Assembly: GCA_963668315.1 (NCBI GenBank)
Contig: OY764216.1
Location: forward strand, 5,504,001 to 5,568,000
Source of the DNA: Spirochaetia bacterium
GTDB taxonomy: Bacteria; Spirochaetota; Spirochaetia; DSM-2461
Direction: 5' to 3'
DNA: 64,000 bases
Below the pieces are notes generated by a model that was given only the letters and a program-made list of their open reading frames with translations, was not told the origin of the DNA and made no database searches. Positions 38,387 to 48,686 of this stretch are shown here, piece after piece. Position 1 is the stretch's first letter. Each line of letters begins with the position of its first letter. The translations under genes were made by a program, and so were the position numbers.

Positions 38387-41261
38387 CGCCCCTTTTATCA
38401 CCGACCATGTGGCAGAAGTCGAACCGACCACGATGAATCAGGAAATGAAGATCTCCTCGGATTCGCTTGCGTCCGCCTTGGGCGAGGCCATCGACAGTCG
38501 CGAGAACTCGCTCGCGGAGCTGGCCGTCAATTCTCTGCCCGACCTGGTCTACGTGGTGGACCGGGAGGGACGCCTGCTTTTCTGGAATCGCGCCCTCGCC
38601 GCGAGGACCGGCTACTGTGACGAGGAACTTCGATTGCTGGGTTCGGAGCAGTTCTTTCCGCCGGAGGAACGTCAACGAGTCCGCGCCTCGACGGCGAAAG
38701 CGTGGCAAGAGGGCGCCGCCAGCATCCAAGCGCACGTTCTCGCCAAGAGCGGAGAACGGATCGCATATGAGTTCTCGAGCACCCTTCTGCGCCATTCGGA
38801 CGGGACGCCTTTCGCCCTCTGCGGCGCGGCAAGGGATCTCAGTGAACGTCTGGCATTCGAAACCGCCTTGCGAGAAAGCGAACTTCGATCGCAAGCGTTG
38901 TTCGAGTCATCGCGGGACGCCATGATGGTGATCGGCGACGACGGACGTTTTGCCGCGGGCAATTCTTCCGCCCTGGAGATGTTCGGTTGCCGCTCGGAGG
39001 AGGAGTTCTGCCTGCACACCCCAGGTTCGTTTTCTCCAGAGCGTCAGCCGGACGGCGAGCCGTCGGAGGAGGCGGCCCAGAAGCGAATCGCAAAAGCTAT
39101 GGAGGAGGGCTCCCATTTCTTCGATTGGGCGCATTGCCGCGCCGACGGGAGCGAGTTCGAGGCGTCGGTGCTTCTGACCCGCATCGAACTGGAAGGCCAA
39201 CAGCACATCCACGCCACGGTCCGCGACGTGAGCGTGGAAAGGGCGATCCAGCGGGCGCTCCGCGCCAACGAGCAGAAACTGCGGACCATCACGGAGTCGG
39301 CCCTCGACGCCATCGTGATGGTCGACGCCGCGGGGAAGATCGTGCATTGGAACGCCGCCGCGTCGACGATGTTCGGATACGCTTCCGACGAGGTCATGGG
39401 AAAGGACCCCCATGAGATCCTGGTCCCGCCGGGACTGCAGGAAACAGCCCGTCGCGGCATGGCGGCCTTCGCCCGACACGGAACCGGAGCGGCCGTCGGT
39501 CGCATCCGGGAACTGACGGCGCTGCACAAGACCGGACGCCGCTTCCCGATTGAAGTTTCCATCTCGGCTGTCCGCGCGGACAACGGCTGGGCGGCTGTGG
39601 CGGTGCTTCGCGACATCAGTGAACGGCGGCGACTGGAGATGTCCCTTCAGAAGCAGACGGCGGAATTGACCGCGAAGGTGCGGGAACTCAGTTGCCTGGA
39701 GCGAGCATCCAACGTTTTCGAGAAGAGCCATCTTGCGCCCCGCGAGATCGTTGCACAGGTCGTGGAACTGTTGCCCAACGCGGTGAGCGAACCGGAGAAC
39801 GCGTGTGCGAGAATTGTCTATCACGACTACGAGATCGAAACGCCGGGATTCAGCGAGACTTCCATGCGTTTGTCTGTGCCTCTGAGTGTCGGAACGGGGC
39901 TAGTGGGTACGCTCGCGGTGGGCTATCGAGAAAGCGAAGGGGCCGCGTCCCAAGGGGGCTTTTCTCTCGAAGAACGCCACCTCCTGGAGCATCTGTCGGG
40001 ACGCCTTGGACGCGCCATCGAACGATACCTGAGCAACGCGGAGATCAAGTCACTCAACCAGAAGCTCGAACTGATCTTCGCGGCCACGCGAACGCGTTTT
40101 CTGCTGACGGACGAAGACTGTATCGTGCGTTACGCCGATCCGGAAACGCAGCGGAAGTACGGCTCCCTGGCGAACCAGAAATGCAGCCGTTACCTCTTCC
40201 TTTCTCAAGGTCGATGTCCCGGTTGCCCGAAGGAGACGCCCGAGGCCCGCGACGGAACGGTGGTGACCCATTTCACGCTTCCGCTCGAGAAGGATCGGAT
40301 CTTCCAACGAACCTCCGTGCCGATCCGTTCCCACTCGGGCGAGCTGATGTTCGCTGCCGTTCTCGTTGACGTAACCGAGCACAAAGCGCTCGAGGTGAAG
40401 CTGAACCAGGCTCGAAAGCTCGAAGCCGTTGGGGAACTGGCTGCCGGCATCGCGCACGAAATCAACACCCCCACCCAGTTCGTCGGCGACAATACTCGCT
40501 TTCTGCGCGAAGGATTTCAGGACGTGGAACAGATTCTCGAGAAGCTGGACACCCTCCTCGACGCGGCGAAAACGGGAACCGTCGACCCGGCCACGGTGGA
40601 GCAGATTCGCGCCGTCGTCGAGGAAGTGGATGCAAGCTATCTCCGCAAAGAGATTCCCCTGTCCATCGAACAAGCCCTGGAAGGCGTCGGTCAGATCGGC
40701 AAGATCGTCCGGGCCATGAAGGAGTTTTCACATCCCGGCAGCAAAGAAAAGCAGGCCATCGACATCAATCGGGCCCTTGAGAACACGCTCACGGTGTCGC
40801 GAGGAGAATGGAAGCACGTCGCCGAACTCGTCACCGATTTCGAGCCGGACCTTCCTTCCGTTCCGTGCTTCCCCGCCGATCTCAACCAGGCGATGCTCAA
40901 TATCATCGTCAACGCCGCCCATGCCATCACGGAAACCGAATCGGGACACGGCACAATCACCGTTCGCACCAGGCAGCAGGACAACGCGATCGTAATCGAA
41001 ATCGAAGATACGGGTTGCGGAGTTCCCGCGGATATCCGGCCTCGTATTTTCGACCACTTCTTCACCACCAAGGAGGTCGGCAAGGGAACCGGCCAGGGAT
41101 TGACGATTGCCCACAGCGTCATCGTTGAGAACCACGGCGGAACACTGGATTTCGAGAGCGAAGTGGGCAAGGGAACCACGTTCACCATTCGGCTCCCCCT
41201 GAACGACCAGAGAATGGAGCCGCAGAAGCCGGCACCATGCACGACCACCGCCCAAACATGA
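38379..41261 (+). CDS. Multi-PAS (+GAF-like) sensor histidine kinase
   Basis: At least three PAS/PAC domains, AHEINTP, NIIVNA, DTGCG, FFTTK, GTGQGL. Confidence 0.92.
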   Translation: MHDAPFITDHVAEVEPTTMNQEMKISSDSLASALGEAIDSRENSLAELAVNSLPDLVYVVDREGRLLFWNRALAARTGYCDEELRLLGSEQFFPPEERQRVRASTAKAWQEGAASIQAHVLAKSGERIAYEFSSTLLRHSDGTPFALCGAARDLSERLAFETALRESELRSQALFESSRDAMMVIGDDGRFAAGNSSALEMFGCRSEEEFCLHTPGSFSPERQPDGEPSEEAAQKRIAKAMEEGSHFFDWAHCRADGSEFEASVLLTRIELEGQQHIHATVRDVSVERAIQRALRANEQKLRTITESALDAIVMVDAAGKIVHWNAAASTMFGYASDEVMGKDPHEILVPPGLQETARRGMAAFARHGTGAAVGRIRELTALHKTGRRFPIEVSISAVRADNGWAAVAVLRDISERRRLEMSLQKQTAELTAKVRELSCLERASNVFEKSHLAPREIVAQVVELLPNAVSEPENACARIVYHDYEIETPGFSETSMRLSVPLSVGTGLVGTLAVGYRESEGAASQGGFSLEERHLLEHLSGRLGRAIERYLSNAEIKSLNQKLELIFAATRTRFLLTDEDCIVRYADPETQRKYGSLANQKCSRYLFLSQGRCPGCPKETPEARDGTVVTHFTLPLEKDRIFQRTSVPIRSHSGELMFAAVLVDVTEHKALEVKLNQARKLEAVGELAAGIAHEINTPTQFVGDNTRFLREGFQDVEQILEKLDTLLDAAKTGTVDPATVEQIRAVVEEVDASYLRKEIPLSIEQALEGVGQIGKIVRAMKEFSHPGSKEKQAIDINRALENTLTVSRGEWKHVAELVTDFEPDLPSVPCFPADLNQAMLNIIVNAAHAITETESGHGTITVRTRQQDNAIVIEIEDTGCGVPADIRPRIFDHFFTTKEVGKGTGQGLTIAHSVIVENHGGTLDFESEVGKGTTFTIRLPLNDQRMEPQKPAPCTTTAQT

Positions 41262-41274
41262 GGAGACTCCATCC

Positions 41275-41682
41275 ATGAACCACTCCGTACTACTGGTCGA
41301 CGACGACAGCAATCTGCTGCACGGGCTGACGCGCGCCCTTCGGCATCAACCCTTCGACCTTTTCACCGTGCGATCCGCAGAAGAGGCCATGGACGTCCTG
41401 AAACGGCGGCCCATCCGCGTTGTCGTAGCCGACGAGCAAATGCCCGGCATGTCGGGCGGTGATCTGTTGGCCTGGGTGGCGGAGAACTTCCCTGAAACGA
41501 CGCGGATTGTACTTACGGGGCACCCCACAGCCGAACGGGCCATTCGCGCCATCAACGAGGGGGTTGTCTATCACTATTTCACGAAGCCCTGCAATCCTGT
41601 CGAGCTGGCGATCTCCATCCGGAAGGCGTTGGAAGAGCAGGATGGGGCCCAAGTGTCGCAGGATCCTGCCACCACCACGTAG
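41275..41682 (+). CDS. Single-domain response regulator
   Basis: VLLVDDD, ADEQMP, LTG, TKP; GAGGAG RBS. Confidence 0.92.
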   Translation: MNHSVLLVDDDSNLLHGLTRALRHQPFDLFTVRSAEEAMDVLKRRPIRVVVADEQMPGMSGGDLLAWVAENFPETTRIVLTGHPTAERAIRAINEGVVYHYFTKPCNPVELAISIRKALEEQDGAQVSQDPATTT

Positions 41683-41806
41683 CACTCGTCACGATCGGCG
41701 AAGCGTCAGCTCTGTCGGAAACGGTGCTCGGCCTTGTCCAGTCGTTGCTCGATTTCAGCGACAATGTCGCGAACTTCTCCAAGATCGCTTTCCTGAAGAT
41801 GCTTTG

Positions 41807-42961
41807 CTAGCTCCTTTCCCGTCGAAACACGCCCGGCGTGACCCCCACCTGGCGACGGAACACCTGGACCAAGTACTGGGGCGTCTGGAAACCGGTCCGC
41901 CGGGCGATGGTCGTGAGCGGCTGATCGGTCGAAACGAGCAGTTCCTTGGCTCGCTCGACCCGGACCCGGGTGATCTCCTCGTTGGGTGAGCGTCCCAAGG
42001 CGGCACGCATTCGCCGCTCCAACGCACTTCGGGAAATGGCGATCGTCTTGAGCACGTCGGTGACCGCGATTCCGTCGCAGGCCGTTTCGCGGATGAATCG
42101 AACGGCCTGGGCGATGTCGGGATCGTCGATGGCGACCACGTCGGACGATCCGCGCGTGATCACGCCCAACGGTTCGATCAGCAGAGGCGTTTTGGGAGCC
42201 GTTTCGCCCGCCATGAGGCGCGTGAGCAAAGCGGCGGCCTCGTATCCGATTCGCTCCGCGTTGAACCGCACGCTGGAAAGGGCGGGCATGGCCATCGTGC
42301 AGAGGGATTCCTCGTCTTCCACGCCCACGACGGCCACCTCCTCGGGGACGGCGACGCCCGCGCGGGCGCAGGCGTCCAGGAGGAAGAAGCCCAGTTGGTC
42401 GGTGCAGGCCATGACGCCCGCCGGCTTGGGAAGCCCCTTCACCCAGGCCGCCAGTTCGTCCTGGTGTTTCTCCCATTGGGCAGGCTTCTCGGGCTGGCCT
42501 TTGGCATGATAGGTGTCGCAATCCCAGCCGGCTTTCCGGACGGTGTCGATGAAATTCACCCGGCGCTGTTCAAAGTAGATTTCCGTGCCGATCTCACATA
42601 CGCCGAAGTGGCGAAAACCCCGCTGCATGAGATGGTCGGCTACGATCTGGCCCATGGCACGATTGTCGACACCGACCCAGGGAGCTCCGGGATTAAGCCG
42701 CGGGGAACGAAGTTCCACCACCGGCACGCCGACCCGTCGAACCGCGGCGGCCATGGCAGGCGTGGCTGTTCGGGTGAGAATTCCGTCGCCCTGCCAGTTT
42801 TTGAGCCAGAGCGGCGGCGGTGAATCAAGGGCTCGCAGTTCCATGAAGACGGACCACGGTCCGTTCTCGGCAAGGTAGCGGCGAATGCCTCGCAGCAGGC
42901 CGCGACCGTAGGATCGAGATGTTTCGATCAACGCGGCGACATGGGGGATGGACCTGACCAT
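41807..42961 (-). CDS. XylR-type regulator (PBP-like domain + AraC HTH)
   Basis: VAALIETSRSYGRGLLRGI, LSSV, C-terminal AraC; paralog of 30245-31444. Confidence 0.92.
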   Translation of the reverse strand: MVRSIPHVAALIETSRSYGRGLLRGIRRYLAENGPWSVFMELRALDSPPPLWLKNWQGDGILTRTATPAMAAAVRRVGVPVVELRSPRLNPGAPWVGVDNRAMGQIVADHLMQRGFRHFGVCEIGTEIYFEQRRVNFIDTVRKAGWDCDTYHAKGQPEKPAQWEKHQDELAAWVKGLPKPAGVMACTDQLGFFLLDACARAGVAVPEEVAVVGVEDEESLCTMAMPALSSVRFNAERIGYEAAALLTRLMAGETAPKTPLLIEPLGVITRGSSDVVAIDDPDIAQAVRFIRETACDGIAVTDVLKTIAISRSALERRMRAALGRSPNEEITRVRVERAKELLVSTDQPLTTIARRTGFQTPQYLVQVFRRQVGVTPGVFRRERS

Positions 42962-43119
42962 GGGGATTTCGCACCAGAAATGAATGAGCCGTAATAGTGT
43001 AAGCGATTTACGGAAATTTGGAATGAACGAGCGGGACATATATGTCATACTGCTGTTAGTGTCCTGTGTCGAGTGGCCGGATATTTGTAACTCCATGGTC
43101 AAGGGGAAGAAGCGCGCCC

Positions 43120-44421
43120 ATGAACACCAATCGCCGACAGTTCCTCACTCATGCGGCAGGGGTCGCGGGCATTGGCCTGCTAGGCTCATGCACGTTTCCT
43201 GGCACGACTCGAGGCGAAGGCCCATCGTCCCAGAACGATTGTCCCGGGATTGGTGCGATCGGAATGCGTTACCAGGGCACAGTCATCACCCTAAAAGCGC
43301 AAAACCACGGACGCATCGTGGCCATTGCTGATGTGGATCGCCACGTGCGAGAGCAGGCCCGTGCGGGGTTTGGGAGCACCCCGAAGATCTACGAAGACTA
43401 TCGCAAGCTGCTCGATAATAAGAACGTGGACGTCGTCATGATCGGCGCGCCGGACCACTGGCACGTGAAGATGGCGATTGACGCCTGCCGTGCCGGCAAA
43501 CACGTTTATGTGGAGAAGCCGGTTTCGCTCACGATCGACGAAGGGAAGATCCTCCGTCGGGTAGCCAAGGAAACCGGGCAGGTCATCCAGGTCGGTTCGT
43601 GGCAGCGGAACGACGCCCGGTTTCGGCTGGCCGTCGAGATGGTGCGAGCAGGACGGATCGGGAAGCTGAAGAAGGTGATCTGCGCCACCGGCCCCAATCC
43701 GTCCGGCGGCCCCTTTCCCGAACGCCCCGTTCCGGCCCACGTGAACTGGGACCTATGGCTGGGGCAAGCCCCCAAGACTCCCTATGTGGAAGAACGCTGC
43801 CACTACACCTTCCGCTGGTGGTACGAATATGCGGGCGGAAAAGTGACCGATTGGGGCGCTCACGACATCGACATCGCCCAATGGGCGATCAACGAGTATC
43901 CGGTCGAAATCGAGGCGAAGGGCACCTTGCCGAAGATCTCCAACGGCTACAACGTCTCCACCGACTTCCATGCCATTGTCCGTTATCCGAGCGGTGTGGA
44001 ATTGGAGGTGGGGGAAGTCGGGCGTGCCGGAGTGCTCTTCGAAGGCGATAAGGGGCGGCTGTTTGTAAACCGGGGCACCATAGCCGGAACGCCCTACGAC
44101 CAGCTCCAAGAAGATCCCCTGCCCCGGGAGAAATTCCAACTCTACGATTTCGACAATCTCGATCGTCCGGAGCGGGTTGGCAAACTCGACGCCATCGTCA
44201 ATCATATGGGCAACTTCTTCGACTGCATTCGGGAGGGGAAAACGCCCATTTCCGACGTCGAAAGTCAACACCGCAGCGCCACCACCTGCCACTTGATCAA
44301 TCTTGCGATTCGTCTGGGACGTCCTCTGAAGTGGGATGCAGAGCGAGAGGAGTTCGTTGGCGACTCCGAGGCGAATCAGTGGCTCCGGCGCGAACAAAGG
44401 AAGGGCTTCGAAGTCGTTTGA
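43120..44421 (+). CDS. Tat-exported Gfo/Idh/MocA oxidoreductase
   Basis: MNTNRRQFL; PDHWH, YVEKP, DWGAHDID. Confidence 0.93.
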   Translation: MNTNRRQFLTHAAGVAGIGLLGSCTFPGTTRGEGPSSQNDCPGIGAIGMRYQGTVITLKAQNHGRIVAIADVDRHVREQARAGFGSTPKIYEDYRKLLDNKNVDVVMIGAPDHWHVKMAIDACRAGKHVYVEKPVSLTIDEGKILRRVAKETGQVIQVGSWQRNDARFRLAVEMVRAGRIGKLKKVICATGPNPSGGPFPERPVPAHVNWDLWLGQAPKTPYVEERCHYTFRWWYEYAGGKVTDWGAHDIDIAQWAINEYPVEIEAKGTLPKISNGYNVSTDFHAIVRYPSGVELEVGEVGRAGVLFEGDKGRLFVNRGTIAGTPYDQLQEDPLPREKFQLYDFDNLDRPERVGKLDAIVNHMGNFFDCIREGKTPISDVESQHRSATTCHLINLAIRLGRPLKWDAEREEFVGDSEANQWLRREQRKGFEVV

Positions 44422-44570
44422 GAGCCTATCGAGAGGCCGCTGGCGACGCGTGTGTGCTCCTTCCGTGAGAGGCCGTTGCGGTGGTCTGCGGGTAGGCTCC
44501 GGCGTTTGACGGCCAGGCCCTGACAAATCTCGTCCTATCACCCTTTCCTTCTTTTTTGGGGAGAATGCGT

Positions 44571-45461
44571 ATGTCTGCGCGCACATCTCGAGTCCGTGGG
44601 TTCACTCTGGTTGAACTACTTGTCGTCATTGCGATCATCGGGATCCTGATCGCCCTATTGTTGCCCGCCGTTCAGGCGGCTCGCGAGGCGGCTCGCCGCA
44701 GCCAGTGCGCCAACAACCTCAAGCAGATCGGTCTCGCACTGCAGAACTATCACGACACGTTCAAAATCTTCCCGCCGGGCAGTCTGTATGACTCCCGAAG
44801 CACCAGCAACGGCGGCGATCGGTTCAGCGGCTGGGTCTTGATCATGCCGTTTATGGAAGCCGATACGATCCACGAGTTGTTTGACTTCAAGTACGGTTAC
44901 GATGATTCGCAGAACAACGCCGCCAAAGTCGTTCCGGTGGACGGCTATTTCTGCCCCTCGAAGCCGCGTGCGGAGAAGGCGAGCAGCAGCGTGGCTTACG
45001 GCGACTACGCGTTCAGCGCAGGGACGGGGAGCTGTAACTCGGCGACCCAATACTACTGGAAAGGGATGTTTAATCAGAATTCCGTGTGTCGTTTCCGAGA
45101 CATCACGGATGGAACGAGTAATACGATTGCGGCCGGCGAGAAGCGAACCGTTCAATCCACATCGCTCACAAGTCCGCAGTACCGTTGGGGTTGGCACTCG
45201 ACGAGGAACATGTGCTTCCCGATGAATCGAGATGTTGAAGCGGATGCAAGCTACACGTTCTATCTGAACACGGGCTCAACCGTGGCGGGCACCAGCGCGG
45301 CCTGGAACGACTACTGGGCCAATTTCGGGAGCGATCACCCGGGAGGGGCCCATTTCGTGGCGGCCGATGGCTCCGTGAAATTCCTGGCCGAGACCATCGA
45401 ATTCACCCTCTATCAAAACCTGGGCGACAAGGGCGACAAGCAAGTGGCGTCCTTCCCCTAA
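44571..45461 (+). CDS. DUF1559 prepilin-type protein
   Basis: GFTLVELLVVIAIIGILIALLLPAVQAAREAARR..C.NNLKQ; DGTSNT; HPGGA....ADGSV. Confidence 0.95.
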   Translation: MSARTSRVRGFTLVELLVVIAIIGILIALLLPAVQAAREAARRSQCANNLKQIGLALQNYHDTFKIFPPGSLYDSRSTSNGGDRFSGWVLIMPFMEADTIHELFDFKYGYDDSQNNAAKVVPVDGYFCPSKPRAEKASSSVAYGDYAFSAGTGSCNSATQYYWKGMFNQNSVCRFRDITDGTSNTIAAGEKRTVQSTSLTSPQYRWGWHSTRNMCFPMNRDVEADASYTFYLNTGSTVAGTSAAWNDYWANFGSDHPGGAHFVAADGSVKFLAETIEFTLYQNLGDKGDKQVASFP

Positions 45462-45680
45462 CGGTCGCGGTCCGGCTCCTGCCGTCAGCCGGGATCGAGG
45501 TTGCGAGCGTCGTCGCGAACATCCGGCGACGCTTGCAGCCGTGCTGGGGTTGTTCGTTCCGTTCGCGCTCGTCGTCAAGCTGGCAGACGGGGACGAAGGG
45601 GAGCCGAGCCAACCGACTTCGACCGTTCTTGCATTGTCCGACACGAATCTCACTGACCTACTATGCGGAAGGATACGAAG

Positions 45681-46067
45681 ATGGCGAGTCCAAGACGTGT
45701 TTCTCTCACCGGGCGTATCTTCCCGGCGGCGATGTTTCTCTTCTTCATGATCATCTGCGGCTGCGGATCAACCACCGAAGAAGCCGCCGATCCCACGGCG
45801 CAGGCGTCGGGCACGGTCTCCGTGGAAGGCAAGGCCGTCGGTCGCGGAGAGGTCTGCTTCTACTCCCTTGCGTCGGGGGCCACCGGGCAAACGGCGTTGA
45901 GCAAGGGAGGGAAGTTCCAATTGGAAAGTCCCCTGGTTCCTGGAGACTACGCTGTTTATCTCATCGGTGCGAGCAACGTTCCGGAGAAGTTTCTGAGCGA
46001 AACCTCGAGCGACTACAAAGTGACCCTGAAGGAGGGAGCGAACGACTTGACGATCAACCTTCAGTGA
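45681..46067 (+). CDS. Small lipoprotein, carboxypeptidase-regulatory-like fold (typical DUF1559 partner)
   Basis: Lipobox ICGC; ASGTVSVEGK, PGDY.V, VPEKF, EGAN. Confidence 0.8.
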   Translation: MASPRRVSLTGRIFPAAMFLFFMIICGCGSTTEEAADPTAQASGTVSVEGKAVGRGEVCFYSLASGATGQTALSKGGKFQLESPLVPGDYAVYLIGASNVPEKFLSETSSDYKVTLKEGANDLTINLQ

Positions 46068-46153
46068 CGGGTTGGCAAGGGGGATGCGATCGATCATCAT
46101 AAGGCAGACTGCTCTGACAGCTTCGTAATCACCCGATTAGAAAGAAACGAGAC

Positions 46154-46714
46154 ATGGAAAAAGTCCTCATCATCGTTGGCGACGCCACCGAAACCGTTGA
46201 CACCCTGTACCCCTACTATCGGCTTATCGAGGGCGGCTTCGAACCGGTCGTGGCCGGGCCGGAAGTTCATCGCTATCAGATGGTGATGCACGAAGTGAAA
46301 CCCGGCTGGACAATCACCAAGGAGTGGGAAGGCTACACGATCCAGACCGATATCGCCTTCCGAGACGTGAAGCCGGAAGAGTATGCGGGCATCTTTTTTT
46401 CCGGAGGGCGTGCCCCCGAGTACATCCGCTATGATGAGGACCTTGTCCGCATCACCCGCCACTTCTTCGAGGTGAACAAACCGATCGCCAGCGTGTGCCA
46501 TGGTGTCGAGATTCCGGCGTACGCGGGCTGCGTCAAGGGGCGCCGCATGGCCACCGTGCCCAAGTGCAAGTTCGACCTGGAGGTCTGCGGCGGGACGTTC
46601 GTCGACGAGGCCTGCGTGATCGACGGCAACCTGGTGAGCGGGCGGACCTACCACGACCACGGACACTACATCGGCCCGTGGATGAAAATGTTGGAAGAGG
46701 CGAGACAGAAGTAA
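46154..46714 (+). CDS. DJ-1/PfpI family protein
   Basis: SGGRAPEY, SVCHG nucleophile elbow, DGNLVSGR. Confidence 0.93.
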   Translation: MEKVLIIVGDATETVDTLYPYYRLIEGGFEPVVAGPEVHRYQMVMHEVKPGWTITKEWEGYTIQTDIAFRDVKPEEYAGIFFSGGRAPEYIRYDEDLVRITRHFFEVNKPIASVCHGVEIPAYAGCVKGRRMATVPKCKFDLEVCGGTFVDEACVIDGNLVSGRTYHDHGHYIGPWMKMLEEARQK

Positions 46715-46742
46715 CCGGTGTGAGTGGCGTACGGCCGCACAG

Positions 46743-46766
46743 CCTCCGGCTCAGAGGAGCCGGAGG
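46743..46766. terminator. Perfect 10-bp hairpin between convergent genes (possible terminator; no U-tract)
   Basis: CCTCCGGCTC-AGAG-GAGCCGGAGG. Confidence 0.4.
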
Positions 46767-46784
46767 TTCGCACGGCGGTCTGTT

Positions 46785-48686
46785 TCACTCCGTGGAGCGC
46801 TCAGTTTCGGACAGCAGTCCGGCCGTGATTCGGTCTGCCTGCGCGCGACCGCGATGCCCCATTCGCCGGTGGACGGACGCGCGAAGCCGGTACGAATTCG
46901 GCTGGGCCGGGCGAAGCCGGACGACCTCATTGCAGTCCGCCATGGCGTGCTCCCAATCGAAGCAGGCATAATACGCGGTAGCCCTCCCCCAGTAGGCGTC
47001 AGCATCGGCCGGCGCAAGGCGGATCGCTTCGCGATACGCGTCGACGGCCTCCGCGGGGCGTTTCAGTTGGAACAGGCAGTAACCCCTACAGCTGGAAATC
47101 ACGCGTTTTTCGTCGTCGGTCTGCCGTCTTGTCGTCTGTTTCGCCGCCAAGTCGATGACGTCCTGGTAGTCGCCGTTTGTCAATAGCCCGTGCAACGCAA
47201 AGCATACGTACTGCCCCACGACCGCATTCTGGTTTTGACCAAGTTCTTCTCTCCGTATCTGTGCTGCCAGCTTCAGCACGTCGCGGAACTTGTTCCTGGA
47301 AATGAGCGAATACATGGTGAGCACGTCGTAGCCCAACTCGTAGTGCCGCCAATAGCGTGTTCCGGCGAAGCGTCCTCGCAGCAGATTGTCGTTCGGGCCG
47401 GATCGCCATCCGATGAACCATGACTGCGGATGAGTCGACACATGGTGTTCTTTTGCCCAGGGCAAGAACACGTGGACGTAGAAGGCACGGGCCTTCTCCG
47501 CCGCTTGCGCCTCACAGTCGATATATCGACTCACATACTCGTGTTTTGACAGTTTGCCCTGCGCTGCCAGTTCGCAGATCCGGGAGAACCGTTCACCGTT
47601 CCTGACATTGAAGAGTTCAAACACGGCACTCCGCCAGAGTTCCTCGAAGGGTATCGCTCTTCCCTTGTGGAGGCCGTTGCCATACACCTTTCTCAGATGG
47701 ATTCGGGCCGGACTGTCGGCGCCGCGCGGGCTGCACATCGCATCCGTCCCGGGGTCAGGGTTGGCAGGATCCCAGAAGATCCTCTGATCGGGACCGTCGC
47801 CTGCAAACAACCGTGCTGCCGACCGGTAGAGTGGGCTCGCCGCTTTCCCGTGTTGGGCCATGGCAGGCCGATCCTTTAGCATCCGGCGGAGTTGCGCCTC
47901 ACCGTGCTCCAATGCTGCCGAATCCGCCGAAACTTCGCCGCCGGCGTCGAAACCTGCCGCGGGATCGTCTGGATCCAGGTGAATCGCCGTTTGCAGATCA
48001 GCGAGCCCGCCGTCGAAGTCACCGCGTTCAATCCGCACAGCGCCGCGCCGCTCAAGGGCGTAGGGGGAACTTGGTCTGAGTTGGAGGACAGCATCGTAAT
48101 CGGCACGAGCCTGGTCGTACTTGTGTCGGCGCCAGAAGCAATCCCCTCGGCTCATGTGGTAGATCACAACCTCCGGATCCAATTCGACGGCGCGGTCGAG
48201 GTCCGCAATCGCCTTGTTGAACTTGCCGAGAGAATCGTACGCCCTGGCACGGATGAAATACGCTGCCGCAAGATTCGGGGCGAGCTGGATCGCACGCGTG
48301 GCATCGCGAATGACCAACTCGTGATTGCCCATGCCGGCGTACGCCACACTGCGGCTGTAGTGTCCTCGCGGGTCATTTGGGGTGAGCTCAATCACCTTGC
48401 TGGCGTCTGCCAGAGCCAGGTCATACTCTGCCTGCGACAATCGCCTCGCACTGCGGACGCGGTAGGCGTCCGCGTCGGACGGGTCGGACGGGGCGAGGCG
48501 GGGCGTCACGTCCAGATCCGCGATGATTCGGAGATGTTCCTTGTCTGGGATGGGCAAGTTGAGAACCGACGGCTCTGCGACGGCCCCGTTTTTCGACGCC
48601 AAATTGCCACCCGCGGTGACAAGCCCCATGATGCACGTGAGAAGCGAGAGATAGGAGCAAACCGTCTGAATGACCGTTGTTTGCAA
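46785..48686 (-). CDS. TPR-repeat protein with uncharacterised central domain
   Basis: Repeated A..D...AI.L.P units at both termini; hydrophobic N-terminus. Confidence 0.85.
   Translation of the reverse strand: MQTTVIQTVCSYLSLLTCIMGLVTAGGNLASKNGAVAEPSVLNLPIPDKEHLRIIADLDVTPRLAPSDPSDADAYRVRSARRLSQAEYDLALADASKVIELTPNDPRGHYSRSVAYAGMGNHELVIRDATRAIQLAPNLAAAYFIRARAYDSLGKFNKAIADLDRAVELDPEVVIYHMSRGDCFWRRHKYDQARADYDAVLQLRPSSPYALERRGAVRIERGDFDGGLADLQTAIHLDPDDPAAGFDAGGEVSADSAALEHGEAQLRRMLKDRPAMAQHGKAASPLYRSAARLFAGDGPDQRIFWDPANPDPGTDAMCSPRGADSPARIHLRKVYGNGLHKGRAIPFEELWRSAVFELFNVRNGERFSRICELAAQGKLSKHEYVSRYIDCEAQAAEKARAFYVHVFLPWAKEHHVSTHPQSWFIGWRSGPNDNLLRGRFAGTRYWRHYELGYDVLTMYSLISRNKFRDVLKLAAQIRREELGQNQNAVVGQYVCFALHGLLTNGDYQDVIDLAAKQTTRRQTDDEKRVISSCRGYCLFQLKRPAEAVDAYREAIRLAPADADAYWGRATAYYACFDWEHAMADCNEVVRLRPAQPNSYRLRASVHRRMGHRGRAQADRITAGLLSETERSTE

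Noticed and set aside
43035..43046. GACATATATGTC palindrome as operator of the adjacent XylR-type regulator
   Set aside because: Single 12-bp palindrome with no second copy; AraC-type domains usually bind direct repeats
45462..45680. Small gene between DUF1559 and the lipoprotein
   Set aside because: Short ORFs lack an RBS or motifs and overlap the downstream gene
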